DNA from: a bacterium
GTDB lineage: Bacteria > UBA10199 > 2-02-FULL-50-16 > JAJFLM01
Direction of reading: 5' to 3'
Assembly: GCA_965216315.1 (NCBI GenBank)
Contig: CBDCFN010000016.1
Span: 320,001 to 384,000 of the forward strand
DNA length: 64,000 nucleotides
Shown: in pieces, positions 63,999 to 64,000 of the stretch
Layout: each line of letters begins with the position of its first letter
How positions within the stretch are numbered: position 1 is the stretch's first letter
Program-made: the position numbers and the translations under genes
Notes under the pieces: model-generated
Database searches by the model: none
Told to the model about the DNA's origin: nothing
What the model saw: only the letters and a program-made list of their open reading frames with translations

Positions 63999-64000
63999 AC

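Overview
Chromosomal window from a Gram-negative bacterium with deltaproteobacterial-type gene content (Myxococcota/Bdellovibrionota-like; inferred from a Bd0055-like histone, FHA/PEGA/Ser-Thr kinase signalling and an FHA-sigma54 activator). Positions 1-5.2 kb are an AT-rich accessory segment (DUF4365-like nuclease-TPR protein, higBA toxin-antitoxin). Positions 5.3-19 kb are housekeeping genes (hspQ, zinc-finger histone, tRNA-Val/Asp, uppP, recN, tldD/pmbA, PP2C, M23 peptidase, secA, argJ). Positions 19-57 kb hold an atypical non-flagellar type III secretion locus. It has sctV/J/L/N/O/P/R/S/T and a needle-like gene, keeps flagellar-type parts (FliG-like, split FliM/FliN, FliO, FliA-type sigma), and has no secretin, SctU, flagellin, hook, rod or stator gene in the window. 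It also carries five paralogous putative substrates with a shared C-terminal helical module, two SycD-like chaperones and a HExxH protein. A candidate regulatory cascade can be read from the DNA: PEGA Ser/Thr kinase -> FHA-sigma54 activator -> TGGGGTCT-N2-AGACCCCA enhancer, IHF sites and -24/-12 promoters -> sigma28-like factor -> GCAACT-N15-17-CGATAA promoters. Several gene junctions contain ~100-bp hairpin inserts flanked by duplicated gene termini (synonymously diverged at secA and sctR) that form open mini-ORFs. The window ends with yggT-proC-yggS and prkA-yeaH-spoVR. All family assignments come from reading motifs by eye; no database search was run.
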